Below are positions 63,374 through 64,000 of a DNA stretch of 64,000 nt, in pieces. The notes under the pieces are model-generated. The model did no database searches, had not been told where the DNA came from, and was given only the letters and a program-made list of their open reading frames with translations. The position numbers and the translations under genes are program-made. The first letter of the stretch is position 1, and every line of letters begins with the position of its first letter. The stretch comes from Parasitella parasitica NRRL 2501 (Eukaryota; Fungi; Mucoromycota): the NCBI GenBank assembly GCA_025201805.1, contig MU619321.1, forward strand, positions 84,044-148,043, in the 5' to 3' direction.

Positions 63374-64000
63374 TGTTCTCCTAATTAAGAAATCGATTTC
63401 GACAAAGTGTCGTGTTTGAATTGCTATATTTATAAATCCTCATTTGCTCAATAAAGAAATTCAAAAGCTACTTTTTTACTACTATCAAATGCACTGTAAT
63501 AGGTTTAGGGTATTCCAATGATATTTGAGAGAGACATTTTCTCAATTTCTTATACACGCTCCACTTCCAACAACCAGTATTACCGTATAATAGTGACAGC
63601 AGCTTGTTTTTTTTTTTTTGGTATTTTCTTTGAACAATGCAAGTAATTGAATGCTTCATCAGAGTTTTTATTTTCTCAAATTCATTTCGGGCAAATTGTT
63701 CATATGTTTGATTAACTAGGTTGATGAAGGCCGCTGACCATGCATGGGACTACATGCGATACCTAATGCTTTTTTTAAGATTTTGTTGTGCCTGTTGTAT
63801 CCATAGAATACCATGGTTACCACTATTTCAACTCAGTTGTCATGGCAACCGTTCCTGATCGGATCTAAGGTTAAATGGCATCGATTATTCTATCTAGTAA
63901 ATAGAAGTATTCAATAGAATGTCTTGTATAAGAAACCATCTATTTGGGTTCGTTTGACAAGAAGCGCCAAACCTTATTAAATCACAGCATTTCCAGGACA

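Noticed and set aside
1-64000. CRISPR array, rRNA or prokaryotic operon
   Set aside because: No regularly spaced direct repeats and no rRNA-like sequence; the window is intron-containing eukaryotic DNA. The many short antisense ORFs are shadows of real genes.

Overview
Eukaryotic, AT-rich, intron-dense fungal genomic DNA. Short (~50-70 nt) GT-AG introns, the gene set and the TE types point to a Mucorales/Mucoromycota fungus; the species cannot be determined. About 23 protein-coding genes are present: Sec1 (3' part), PDB1, exportin-T/Los1, a Rck2/Srk1-type kinase, NC2beta, an Aim32/Apd1-type ferredoxin, Sec2, an RNI-like LRR protein, a MOT1-family molybdate transporter, COG6, separase, a TFG-like PB1 protein, a WW protein, an apparently tail-less myosin V, pinin, a Jsn1/Puf2-type RRM+Pumilio protein, a Pho13-like HAD phosphatase, a myosin light chain, a p24 protein, an Mbp1/Res-type APSES-ankyrin factor and several orphans. 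There is also one tRNA-Pro(AGG). The main finding is a 2.1-kb non-autonomous DNA transposon (49837-51965). It has PIF/Harbinger-type ends (TAA target duplication, self-complementary GAGCATCTC... TIRs) and carries an intron-containing, decayed Fanzor (eukaryotic TnpB, RNA-guided RuvC nuclease) gene instead of a transposase, with a candidate omega-RNA region running into the TIR. Next to it is a 5'-truncated L1/Tx1 LINE with poly(A) and a perfect 14-bp TSD. Other oddities: a gene resembling a stand-alone Brr2 'plug' domain, an intronless Cys-cluster orphan, and a ~210-230-bp diverged inverted repeat. All assignments come from motif recognition by eye; no searches were run.
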